DNA from: Owenia fusiformis
Lineage: Eukaryota
DNA: 64,000 bases
Direction of reading: 5' to 3'
Assembly (NCBI GenBank): GCA_903813345.2
Contig: CAIIXF020000001.1
Location: 21,700,001 to 21,764,000, forward strand
Below are positions 22,867-34,863 of this stretch, in pieces. The position numbers and the translations under genes were made by a program. The notes below the pieces were generated by a model that ran no database searches, had not been told where the DNA came from, and saw only the letters and a list, made by a program, of their open reading frames with translations. How positions within the stretch are numbered: position 1 is the first letter of the stretch; the number at the start of each line of letters is the position of its first letter.

Positions 22867-24636
22867 ATGACATCGAATACTGCAGACTCATCTTCAGTTA
22901 TGAAGCCTGACGCATCAAGAAAAAGGCATTCATCATTCAGTGGACACATTATTCATGGTAAGCTTATAGAATAATCAAAGCAAGCCACATAAGTTCAAGT
23001 TAAACATTATTCATGCATTGTTTTAATATATGTATGTTATTAAATGCTATCTGGCATCTTTCATCAGTTGAACAAAGCATCAATGATTTTACATTGAATG
23101 GTACCAATGATGTAAATGTATATATAATAAACATGCTGGAATTTAGATGTACTTCAGCTCTATTTTGTCATTCTACTTAATTTGAAATGTCCATCTTTTA
23201 CTTGAAAAAAAAACAAATCAAAAAATCAATCCATGATCAATAAAATCAGGAAATCCAACAACCATTACTATCATGCACTTTTAAATGTTTGATACAATGT
23301 ATTTTTCTAAATGAAATTTAATGTTTCTAAACAATTAGAATATCAAAATCTTAATTAATAAAATACTATACAATAGAATTATTGGGTTATATTTATCTCA
23401 CCAGATTATTTAGTATATGTACTTTCATCATTTGGACAAATGAGTTAACACTTTTAAATATACAGGGTGGCTCAAAAATCATATTTCACTTTGACATGTA
23501 CTTGTATATTGAAAAACTTTGAACCACCCTGTCTGTAACTCCACTATTTGTCCACTGTGCATTATAGTAATTCATGATCATGCATTTCAGGTCATCACCA
23601 TCACCGTAGCAACCTAAAGGTTGTTGGAGGCTGGTTGCTAACCATTTGTATTATCCTAAGCGTTGCTATGATCTACTTTGAACAGCTCCATCAGACAAAT
23701 CTCAATGTCTATGCCAATTTAAATAATTGTGAAGAATGCAATGTAACATTGTCTTCCTCAAACTGTACATATGCTGCTCAATCCCGTCACTTTGTTGTGC
23801 TAGCAGCTCCGAGGACTGGCTCAACTCTATTGGTTCAGTTGATAAACCAGCACCCAGATCTGAAAAGTTACCAAGAGCTGCTTCATATGGATATGCATTT
23901 AAGCCCCCGAGGGTTGGATAACAGTCCAAAATACAAAGTGTTCCATTATGTAAGAGATGTCATACACAAGTGGGGTTGCTATAAATTAACTGGTTTTAAA
24001 CTGTATACTCAACACTTAGAAGATGCAAAAATTGATCTAAGGACAGTGTTGGAGCTTTTAGAGTGGCCAAAAGTAATTGTCTTACATCGGGAAAATATGT
24101 TCGAGGCCTATGCTTCCTTGAGGAAAGCTTTTCAGACTCATATTTGGAACACTGAGATCCCAGAAGTGGCCAAAAGGCTCCAGGCTGTCCGGGTAAACGT
24201 GACATGGACAGAATATAAAGAGTATTTTCAAAGGCAGCGTAGATTATGGTATGCAAGTCTCAAAGATTTAGAGGGATATCCTTTCTTAATAAACTTCACA
24301 TACAACGATGTTGCACATTTCCATAAGGAAGTCATGAAAAAGATTGAGAAATTTTTAGGAGTTCCTCCTTCACCCGTTCCCTATGAGCCATTACTTATCA
24401 AAATCGGCACTGGTACATTGCATCAAAAGGTGCAAAACTTTCAGGAAATAGAAGAATGGTATTTGGAGGAATTTGAAGATGATGTAAAAATTAACTTAAA
24501 TGATATGAAAGAAAAGTTGCAGAATCCTGAGGAAAGAGACAAAATAGCAGCATTTTTCTTTAGATTAGCAAGACCACAAGGTGCCCTAGAAGCCCCTGCA
24601 CACGAGGTTGAACAAATATATCCAGAGCTGGAGTAG
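22867..24636 (+). CDS. Type II membrane sulfotransferase, Stf0/NodH-like; 2 coding exons, 378 aa
   Basis: Exons 22867-22957 (cat g|gtaagc) and 23591-24636 (ttcag|gt) join in phase. His-rich cytosolic tail, one TM, Cys/N-glycan-site stem, 5'-PSB motif APRTGSTLL, GFKL, and 3'-PB motif RENMFEAYAS. Confidence 0.85.
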
Positions 24637-25796
24637 TTTGTCATAATTATGAACCTAATATATATATCTATGACACAATGGCTTTGATGTTAATAATAAT
24701 AATGTACATATACACTCAATCGTCAACATCAAATCTAATTTTTTATGCATCTAATTTTTTCCCTTTTTTTCCTGCATTCATAGTCAGTCTCTTTTGGTCA
24801 ATATTATAATCTGCTCCTAAAGCTTGGGTATGTTCCGCATGCTTCATATTATGAAGAAAATAATGGTTCAATTAGTGAAAAAATATAAACAGTGTTAAGG
24901 AAAAATCTTAGTTACTAACTATTATAATAATAATGATTCTTGGGAGCCAAAGAAGATTGTCAAAGGCAAGACTTATTGGATGACCTATACAACCCAATGA
25001 GCTATAAATATAAAAATTGAATGATTTGTAATCAGTGATAAGAGAGATTTAGTGCCCACTAGAACAATTCGCATGATCTACTGTAAATTTGTTTAAGTTG
25101 TTGGTATTTTATTCAGCAAATGTGCCATAAACTGAACATTTTCTTTAACATATTTTTTTAAATTGTATCAGCATACCATGATTTGACATACTATGTTAAA
25201 CTGGTTTTCAGCAAATTTGAATTGATGATTTTATACAAAATTGGCTATTTACCAAATCAAAGTTGGTGCCAAATTAAAGCTGTTTACTGTATTGCCAGTT
25301 CCAAGGTAAACCAATACATGTGGCCCAATCAATTATCTGAACAATAACAGTTCTAGGCCATTCAGAACATGAATTCTCAATAACTATATTGTATGATAAT
25401 TTTCTAATAAACAAGCTAATAATTAAAAACTGGAATTGATTTTTTGTTTAAAGAATAGTCCTTGAGAGATGTTATTGATGAGTTTGCAGATATTGCATTC
25501 AAAAGTAAAATGAAAATCATATATCTTTTATACCACAAAAAAATCGTACATCATCTTAAATTTTGTTGTTAGAAAAAATCATCTTTTATCTCATAATTCC
25601 AAAAGTTTTTTAGCTTTAAAATTTTCTTTTCAAATCAACAGATTATTCATTGCAACAAACAATAAAGAACAATGGAAAGAAACGTTTTCAAAGATTTTTT
25701 TCAGTTTCTATACTTATTTCAACAAAACAATTTCAAATAAAATGGACTGGGCTTGTCCCATTTTTAACCATTATGTAGTTGTTGTTTTTTATGTTA

Positions 25797-25928
25797 AAAT
25801 AACAAATTGATTTAGTTTTGCAGTATTTCGATTTACTCTTGAGTTTACAATGAGTTGCTTGAAAGATTAAAAGAATAAAGATTTAAAGAATAAATCGAAA
25901 TATTGCAAAACTAAATCAATTTGTTATT
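25797..25928. repeat. Inverted repeat with arms of about 45 bp
   Basis: aataacaaattgatttagttttgcagtatttcgattta pairs with taaatcgaaatattgcaaaactaaatcaatttgttatt. Confidence 0.75.
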
Positions 25929-28900
25929 CAATCATAATGCTGATTGAAATAGAATTATGGGAAACATGTCATGTAACGAAGATCAAATATTAGATGAAAA
26001 AGTTCATTCACTCTTAGATTGACGAACAGATATAATCGACGAATACCAATGACTTGACAACTGTAATGTAACGACAACATATGTTGTAACAATGGCGTTA
26101 ATGTCTAGTACTGGCACTGAATAAAAATCGGACAGATCAGACAATAATTCCCTTCCCTGCCAGCCCTAGTCAATGGAAAGCCAGTGAATGTGATACTACA
26201 GTGATGCCAGGTACTGATAACAAAATCATTGTTTCAGCCTCCAAGCTGCTGTATAGACAAAATAGATATCTACATGTATGTCAATTCAATGTTATCTTTT
26301 GCAATGCAATTCAGAATTACCCTTGAAACAACTCAACCTTATTGCACTCTACATCAAAACATGTTTCTTTGATCTTGCCCATATATATCCAGACACTAAA
26401 ATAAAAATGGGTGATAAATATAAATGTCCAGGTTTAACGAACAGGGTGACCCCAAAAATGAACACTCCCAAAACAAACGCCAAACTCTGAACACCATCCA
26501 AGGTGGAGATGAAGACTATAACAATATGACACCAAAGATATTTCAGACTAAATGAGCAATGCAGAAAGAAATTTCCAAACAACCCATTTATAGAAGCGTA
26601 TAATTCAAAGTATTCTGTTTTACAAAAGTAGGTTCACTTTTGGATTGTCCATTGCAAGATGAAGTAGGTTCACTTTTGGATTGTCCATTGCAAGATGAAT
26701 AATAATGATCATAATGGAAAACCTTTCAAAAACCTTTCAAATTATATTGTCATTCATAGAGTATAGTTTTTCTACCTTGAAAATAAAGTTGATTGCATAG
26801 ATATTCAACGAATGCTATAGATAATCAAGAATTTAAGCCCTGGACTCCTTGCATTGTGTACTGAATGATGCTTCTTAAGGTGCTGTTTTCAAATCTTTGC
26901 ATGATTATGCAGCGGAAATTCAAAGTTTAGGAAACAATGCCTGAGTGGAATGAATCAGCCACAATGCATCGAATCTTGGGCTTAAATCCTTTTTCACACA
27001 ATGTAAAATATTTTATACTATATCACTTAAAAGATATGAAATGATATATTTTCAAGGAAACTTTTTGCAAGGGCCAAGTTGTCATTTCTATATGTGAGTC
27101 ATCATCATTGATTGTCTCCTTGACAACCATACACTTACCATTTTACCTGCAGAAGTGCATAGCTTGTTATTCCCTATGATGCTATTTATATATTTTTACT
27201 CTACTATGAAATTGATCAGTTCATCGGTTTCATTAGTTTCACTAGAATCTAAAAAAAGATAATTCACACATAGCTAGGCAAGGTGTCTCCGATTCCAGCC
27301 AATTCAAACACAGTATTTCATATAACTGCAGTGCAGTATATCACCAATCACCGCATCCAAGGTCACTCCTTATGTGGTTGTCAAGGTGCCAACTTGACCC
27401 TTGAAAACAATTCTAGGCATTGTTTCTAAAAACAAAACTCGGTGCTGCATATGTTGTGTAAATTTGGGAAAGCAACACCTTCAAGGAATGGTCATTCCTT
27501 ATTGCAAGTCAGAGCTTAAATCCTTAAGTGACCTTGGATGGATTGTTGGTTATATAATGCAATTATGCAGTTATATAAAATACTGTGTTCTGGTTGGCTA
27601 GAATTGGACACACCTTACCAAGCTATGTGTAAATAAACCTTTAATTGGTTCTGTTTTTTGGGTCACCCTACAATGAACTTTTTCCCAAAGCTATTAACAC
27701 CACTGACCTCAAAATGATTCAAATACAAAACTTCGAATAAAGCATGAAATATGTATCTTGGTATAAATTACATTTTGTTTTAAATGCTTTTAAAAGGTTG
27801 CAGTCATAAAATCTATTGTGCTTTTTAACTAAAAGGTCAAATCAAACATTATTGATTTGTGTCTGATCCTCATTAAATCTTCCACAAAAACTCAAACCTG
27901 AACATAAAATGATATCTACTATTTAGTATTTTCTTGTATTTTCAGTTTATTGCTTCTGCACACTTTAGACCCATAACACAGGTGAGGCTTAAGATGGGTC
28001 CATGTGCATGGCCAGACTTGTGGAAGGCGAGGCAATTACCCCGGAAACCTTTTTACAGAAAAATATTAATGCAGATGTTTTTTTTGATTTAAACCAGGAA
28101 AATGAAATCTAATGATTGTGTTGAAGTTGAATTCCCCTTGATTATTTAAAGCCATGTTTTTTAAATCCTGGCTACACCCCTGTGGATCAGACTGTTATTG
28201 TCCAAAACAATAACCACTACATTTGTGTGTAAGATATAGGAAAAAGAATGAGGTCTACTTCTGCCCAGCTTATGATCTACTTTCTGAACTAAACGCAAAG
28301 TTCATCCATGATTCACTCTGACATTTGATATTTACGGCATATTGTTTGTTTACTTTTTGTTAATTATCTAATGAAACCATGTGATGCAAAAAGGGCTTGA
28401 TATAAACAAGGAGATAGACATCGTTGATATAAACATGCCCACATAAAACTTTTTATGAGTATTCTTTGAAAAAATAAGTCAGATGTTTGAGCAGTTATCT
28501 TTTTTTAGAAACATTTGTCATATGTACAAAATAATATATTAAAGGTCAACCGATCAGTTTTTGATAACAATGGTCTAGCTTAATTTATGATTTGCCCTGA
28601 GCTGATATTCCAAATCTCATACCCTGAGTTCAATGAATTGTGGGTGATTTAATGCATGGATGCTGTCTTTTATACAGACTTTGAATGAGTGTAATACCCC
28701 AAATTCAAAGGCAATGATACAACACACATTGAATCAACCACAATTCATCGAGTCATGTGCTAAATTTATTTTATTTTCACACATCGCAAAAGATATTGTC
28801 CAGTTTTACTAAAAAGAATGAGATTCAACTACATAGGTAATCAAGTATTCAAGCAATGAAGCTATGAGGGAGATAGAGAATGTCTCACTCTGTCATTCCA

Positions 28901-30444
28901 TCAGGCCAATAACTCAAATTCTGATGGGCTGATTTGTTTATATTTACTATGCATATATGCCTTATGGGATAAACAGCATATTAGCCAATGTTCATTTATT
29001 GAATAAGTTCTGTACAAAAGTCCAAAGTTTCAAAAGGGCCACAATTGTCCTATCAATTTTGTCCCATAATGTTGTTGATACTCGCACACACCTTTAAAAA
29101 ACATTGAAATAATTTATTTTAGGCTGTTAAGTACAGCGACATCTAATAATGTAAAGAAACATTTTTTACCAATACCATATTTCCTACTACTGTTAATTTT
29201 ACCAGTTTAAGAAAATACAGGTATATAAAGTCATAATAATAATTAACAAGGCATTAACATGACAAAATGTCACCACCTAGTTGCTCACAATATTATGAGT
29301 TCAAACTTAAGTCAGATTTGAATTTCTGAGAACTTGTAAAGTCAAATTTGAACTTCTGAAAAGATGTAGATGATTTTGAAAAAAGAATTTGGTCAATTTG
29401 AAGCAAGTTGAAAACAGACCTTTTTGACCTTTTTTTACCTTGAGAAGGTCATTAAAGGTCAAAAGTCAAATCTAAAGTCAGATTTGAATTTCTGGGAACA
29501 TGTAGATGATTTTGAAAAAAAAAATTAGTCAATTTGAAGCAAGTTGAAAAAAGACCTTTTTTGACCTTGAGAAGGTCATTGAAGGTCAAATGTCAAATCT
29601 AAAGTCATATTTGAATTTCTGAGAACATGTAGATGATTTTGAAAAAAAATTTAGTCAATTTGAAGCAAGATGAAAAAATACCTTTTTGACCTTTTTTGAC
29701 ATTGAGAAGGTCATTGAAGGTCAAAAGTCAAATCTAAAGTCATATTTGAATTTCTGAGAACATGTAGATGATTTTGAAAAAAAAATTTAGTCAATTTGAA
29801 GCAAGTTGAAAAAAGACCTTTTTGACCTTTTTTGACCTTGAGAAGGTCATTGAAGGTCAAATGTCAAATCTTAAGTCAGATTTGAATTTCTGAGAACACG
29901 TAGATGATTTTGAAATTTTTTTTTAGCCAATTTGAAGCAAGTTGAAAACAGACCTTTTTGACCTTTTTTGACCTTGAGAAGGTCATTGAAGGTCAAATGT
30001 CAAATCTAAAGTCAGATTTGAAGGTCAAATGTCAAATCTAAAGTCAGATTTGAATTTCTGAGAACATGTAGATGATTTTGAAAAAAAATTTAGTCAATGT
30101 GAAGCAAGTTGAAAAAAGACCTTTTTGACCTTGAGAAGGTCATTGAAGGTCAAATGTCAAATCTAAAGTCAGATTTGAATTTCTGAGAACATGTAGATGA
30201 TTTAGAAAAAAATTAAAGTCAGTCTAAACAGTATTTGTTAAGTTATAGGAAGTTGTAAGAAATTGTTACAGACGCCGGACGCCAACCGCCGGACGCCAAC
30301 CACCAACCGCCGGACGCCGTCGCAAAAAACGGAGACCATAACAATATGTCACCACTTTTGGTGGTGACATAAAAAAACGGAGACCATAACAATATGTCAC
30401 CACTTTTGGTGGTGACATAAAAACGGAGACCATAACAATATGTC

Positions 30445-32301
30445 GGCAGGGCTGCCCCGTTTCTGCAATTTCATTCATATTATGCTGTGAAGTTATGTCT
30501 TTGAAAATAGTTCAAAATAAAAAAATAAAGGGTATAGAAATTGATAACATAGAATATAAAATTTCACAATCAGCAGATGACACATCATTATTTATCAAAG
30601 ATAAAGCATCCATAAGTGAAGCATTAAAAACTATAAAACAATTCTCGAAATATTCGGGACTTCAACTAAATTTAAGTAAAACAGAAGGAATATGGCTTGG
30701 AACCAATCGTACTTTTGAAAAAAAATTTGAAAATATTAATTTTACAGATGAACCTGTAAGATATTTAGGCATATATATAGGTCACAATGAAGATAAATGT
30801 TATGATTTAAATTGGAATGAGAAAATAAATGACCTTGAAAAAATTCTTGATTCTTGGAAAAAAAGACACCTTACCTTATTTGGAAAAATCACTGTTATAA
30901 AATCTTTAGCTATATCAAAACTTATCTACTCAGCATCAATTTTATCTTATAAAGAAGAAATTATAAAGCGAATAAACAACTTGATATTCAACTTTTTATG
31001 GAATGGCAAGAAAGACAAGATTAGGCGAACTATTATGATAAACAATATAGACAATGGGGGTCTAAATATGCTGGATTTAGAATCACAGCTAAATGCTCTT
31101 AAAGCTGTATGGATTACCCGTATATACGACAAAAACAATATGTTTAACAAAATTCCATACTTTTATTTTGACAAACTTGCTCCAAGTTTGGATATTTTGT
31201 TAAAAATGAATGTATTTTCTAAAGACAAGCTTGAGGGATTACCTATTTTCTACAAACAAGTTTTGAAAGCATTCAATAGCTGTAAAGATCTTGATGAAAT
31301 AAAAAATCTGAAACACCATGAAATAGTCCAGCAAACCATATGGAATAACAGATTATTTCAATTAAAAGGCAAACCACTTTTCTTTAAATCTTGGATAGAT
31401 AGTGGTATTATTTATGTCAAAGATCTTATCATTCGAAATGATTTTTTAAATGTAAACTATATTCTAGAAAAATTGAGGAATAAAATAAATTGGATTTCAG
31501 AATATTTTCAAGTCTCAATTGCAATGAAATCAATAAAAAAAATCATTAACATAGAACAAGCAAACTTCACAAATATATCAAGAAAACTCAATTTCAAAGT
31601 AAAAAATGTTCAATTAGATTTTAGAGGCCAAAAATCCAATTTCTTTTATAACATATTGAAGAATAAAAAATCTGAAAAATGGTTTGTCTCAAAAAAATGG
31701 GAAAAAGATTTCTGTATAACAAATCAATGTAAAATAGATGAAATAAATTGGCAGAATTTTTTTGTTAGCAAGATCATCAAGATTAAAGACAAAAAAGTTG
31801 CCAATTTTAATTTCAAACTAATTAATAACATACTTCCTGGGTTAACTGACTTATTTATCTATGGTATAACAAATTATTATCATTGTAGTATTTGCAATCA
31901 CTTATGTGATTTGAAACATATTCTTTTTGAATGTTGTTTGTCAAAGAATATATGGAAATTTATATACAACACATGTGGTCTCAATATTTCGTATAGAAAA
32001 ATAATAATTGGTTATAATGGCCAAGACTCTCAAACTAATTTTCTGAATTATTTTACAAGTATAGTTGCTTACAGCATTTACAAATCCTACATTTTAGAAC
32101 TGAATAGTAAAGAACAAAGAACATTTGAAAAGATACTTTTTATGTTAAAATATGAAATTAATTGTAGAAAAAATTTGTATTATTGTTCCAAATGGAATTT
32201 ATTATCCAAACTACTGCAATGAGATTATGTAAACCTGTTTTTATAAATCATGTACTGTCTATATATTTAGTAAATGAATGAAATAAAGACTATTTTAAAA
32301 G

Positions 32302-32330
<29 letters not shown>
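30445..32330 (+). mobile_element. 5'-truncated non-LTR retrotransposon of the L1/Tx1 group
   Basis: Begins within RT motif QGCPVS. AATAAA at 32282 is followed by about 29 A. Flanked by a perfect 15-bp TSD ccataacaatatgtc (30430-30444 and 32331-32345). Confidence 0.93.
30447..32222 (+). pseudogene. Truncated LINE ORF2: C-terminal reverse transcriptase, thumb and CCHC zinc knuckle
   Basis: Uninterrupted frame: QGCPVS, SQSADDT, SGLQLNLSKT, RYLGI, LTLFGKITVIKSL, FLW, GGL, and CSICNHLCDLKHILFEC. Endonuclease and N-terminal RT are absent. Confidence 0.9.
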
Positions 32331-32332
<2 letters not shown>

Positions 32333-32573
32333 ATAACAATATGTCACCACTTTTGGTGGTGACATAAAAAACGGAGACCATAACAATATGTCACCACTTT
32401 TGGTGGTGACATAAAAATGATATAATCTTTCTTTTTTTTTATTTGACATTTAAAATTAATTACAAATTATTACAGGTAACACCAGTCCATGCATGTGAAA
32501 CCTCATAAGAATGTAAATGATATGATCAATATCATATCCTCCACATATTGGATTTCTGGAGTATATTGTAGTA

Positions 32574-33003
32574 TTATCCTTCACTTAGTGTACTAAATGT
32601 GTAATAACATTAAAAAAAAAATATCGTAACGATATACTCCGGGTGGAGGATATCGTGACGATATACTCCGCTTGTTGATTTCCTGCCAAATTGACTCTAT
32701 TTGGCATGGAATTCATTTTGCAATGATATTATTATACATTTAGTACACTCCTTGTAAGTGTAGGATAATAAGAACATCCTATGATTTTTTTCAGAATATC
32801 ATTTTAATCTACTCGGTGATATTGATATATGCACTCGTTCGCTTCGCTCTCTCGTGCAGATATCAATATCACCTCGTAGATAAAAATGATATTCCTCAAA
32901 ATCATAGGATATCCTATAAATATCCTCCAGTAATTCATTTTTCCAATAGATATCAAATTTATTTTTAATGTTATCATATGTTTAGTACACTAAGTGTAGG
33001 ATA
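32574..33003. repeat. Nested inverted repeats including a foldback (32776-32911) with a GCTTCGC loop
   Basis: Outer arms cacttagtgtactaaa / tttagtacactaagtg. Inner arms atcctatgatttt..ggtgatattgatat / atatcaatatcacc..aaaatcataggat. Loop gcttcgc at 32841-32847. Confidence 0.75.
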
Positions 33004-34863
33004 ATGGTACATGTCTAGTAAACATAATTACACAATGCATGCATAATATGCTTATCATATATTTGTAAACTTGATCACATGACAGCTCTTGATCAATCAA
33101 CTGAGTAATATTGCATTGAAACAAACTACAAATAATAATATATAACTGGTATATAATGTATATACATGCCCACCATAATTAAATACATTGTAAAGTGTTA
33201 CATTTTTGGTTTGCTATATACTTTGAGCTCATCAGTGCTGGCCTAATACTACCATTTTCTCCAATTGTGAGAATAAAAACTGAAACAAGGTCTTCATGCG
33301 GGAAACATTGACCACATTTACCAATACAAATTAGTATGAAATATGATAATTACTTTGTACATTTCTATAATATCATGTTATACCCAGAATATTTTTTAAA
33401 CTGGATGCAAAATTCTCATTTTCTGTTAACTGTATTCTGATCAAATTCTGCTCAAATTCTCATCATCATAGGAAAATATAAGGACTATGTACAGGGGTGT
33501 AACCAGGCCTCAGGATCTCAAATTGGTGAGGCAAATTTAATTAGGTGAGGCAAAAATTGATTTAAAGCCAATACAATAGTGTCCTGACACTGCATGTACA
33601 TTGTGTTAATTGGAAAATACATTCATTATATTTTTTCGAAAAATTTTGCCTTGCCTGACTCATCCCTGGTTTACTATACCTAGTGGTACTACCTATTGTA
33701 ACAGACACAAATTACATAAAGTACATGGTAAATTTGGCACATCATTTGAACAATTGTAGTTTAATATCATTACTTTGGTTCAACAGATCTTCAGTTCTAT
33801 TTTGATTATACTCAATGTATAATGTCAAGAAATAATACTGTTGGTATAATTGTAAAAATAATAATAAAAAGCATACCTGCACATCTTTCACAAAAAATAT
33901 TGCTCCTGATGTCTGGAGTAACACAGGTTTTCCCCAAATATTTTTTACATTCACTGTTATTTTTCTCATTCTGCAGAATCATATAATGTACAACATGCCA
34001 TCATATGATTTGGTCAGGTACACAATAATCAAGGGCCTCATTGCTGAGGAGACTTGAATATTTTAAAAACATGGAGAGTATGACATATTCATTCTTACTA
34101 ATTACCAGAAAACATCAGCGGGAATTATCACACAAGGTTTTATATCATGTGACATGTGTTAACCAATCACAGGATGAGAAACACAAAAGTGGGAAATAAA
34201 ATGTTATATTTCACACAGTGTAAAATAGTTACACTATATTTCTTCAAGAGAATTTATGAATTAAATGCTGAATATCATGATACTAATCCATACAATACAT
34301 CCCAAGTTTTCAGGTAATACCATATTGACCTTAGAATAAACCCCATATTTAATCCCTGATCACACATAAAAGAACACAGGAACACAGGTTCCTGGGTCTG
34401 CCTTCCATGTTTACATTCATTGGTGATAAACAAGATACAATACAATACATATTGGGTTGATTGTTCATCTATAGGTTGGTTCAGAAACATACATACCCTG
34501 GAAAAAAACTTTCAAATGTGTGATCCAGCCTCTCTATATTGGCTTGATTGTTCATTGATAGGGTGATCTAGAAGCATGCAGCCCCTAAAACTCATTATCT
34601 ATATGTCCTAGATGTTGGTCTCATTTTCTGAATCGATTTTCTTCAATGATCGAAGTAAATCTTGATAATATATTCAATAAATAATCAAATTCAAATTGAT
34701 TGATTCTTCTGATCCAGGATCAAACCATGCAAAAGATCTGATCTTACATAATGTTATTTATGCTCTGTATAACTCATCAATGATTGATTCCTTTGTTTGT
34801 ACATGAGCTAGGGTTTAACTTTGCATTGTAAACAAGACCCTTTAATGTCTCAATCTGTCATGG

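Larger units (their letters stand above)
29246..32413 (-). mobile_element. HINE/DINE-type element, copy B, interrupted by a LINE
   Basis: Reverse complement of copy A: acaaggcattaacatgacaaaatgtcaccacc start, satellite, microsatellite, and four hairpin modules, the third split by the insertion at 30445-32330. Confidence 0.87.

Noticed and set aside
24700-29200. Possible gene in the gap after the sulfotransferase
   Set aside because: Only short ORFs without motifs and no phase-consistent exon chain.
30324-30444. Palindromic 47-49-bp direct repeats resembling a CRISPR array (also 10081-10175 and 49173-49320)
   Set aside because: No unique spacers, no cas genes, eukaryotic context; they are transposon terminal modules.
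30495-32222. 575-aa ORF as a host gene, retron or group II intron RT
   Set aside because: Poly(A), TSD, CCHC knuckle and truncation within the RT identify a dead-on-arrival LINE; the ATG is internal.
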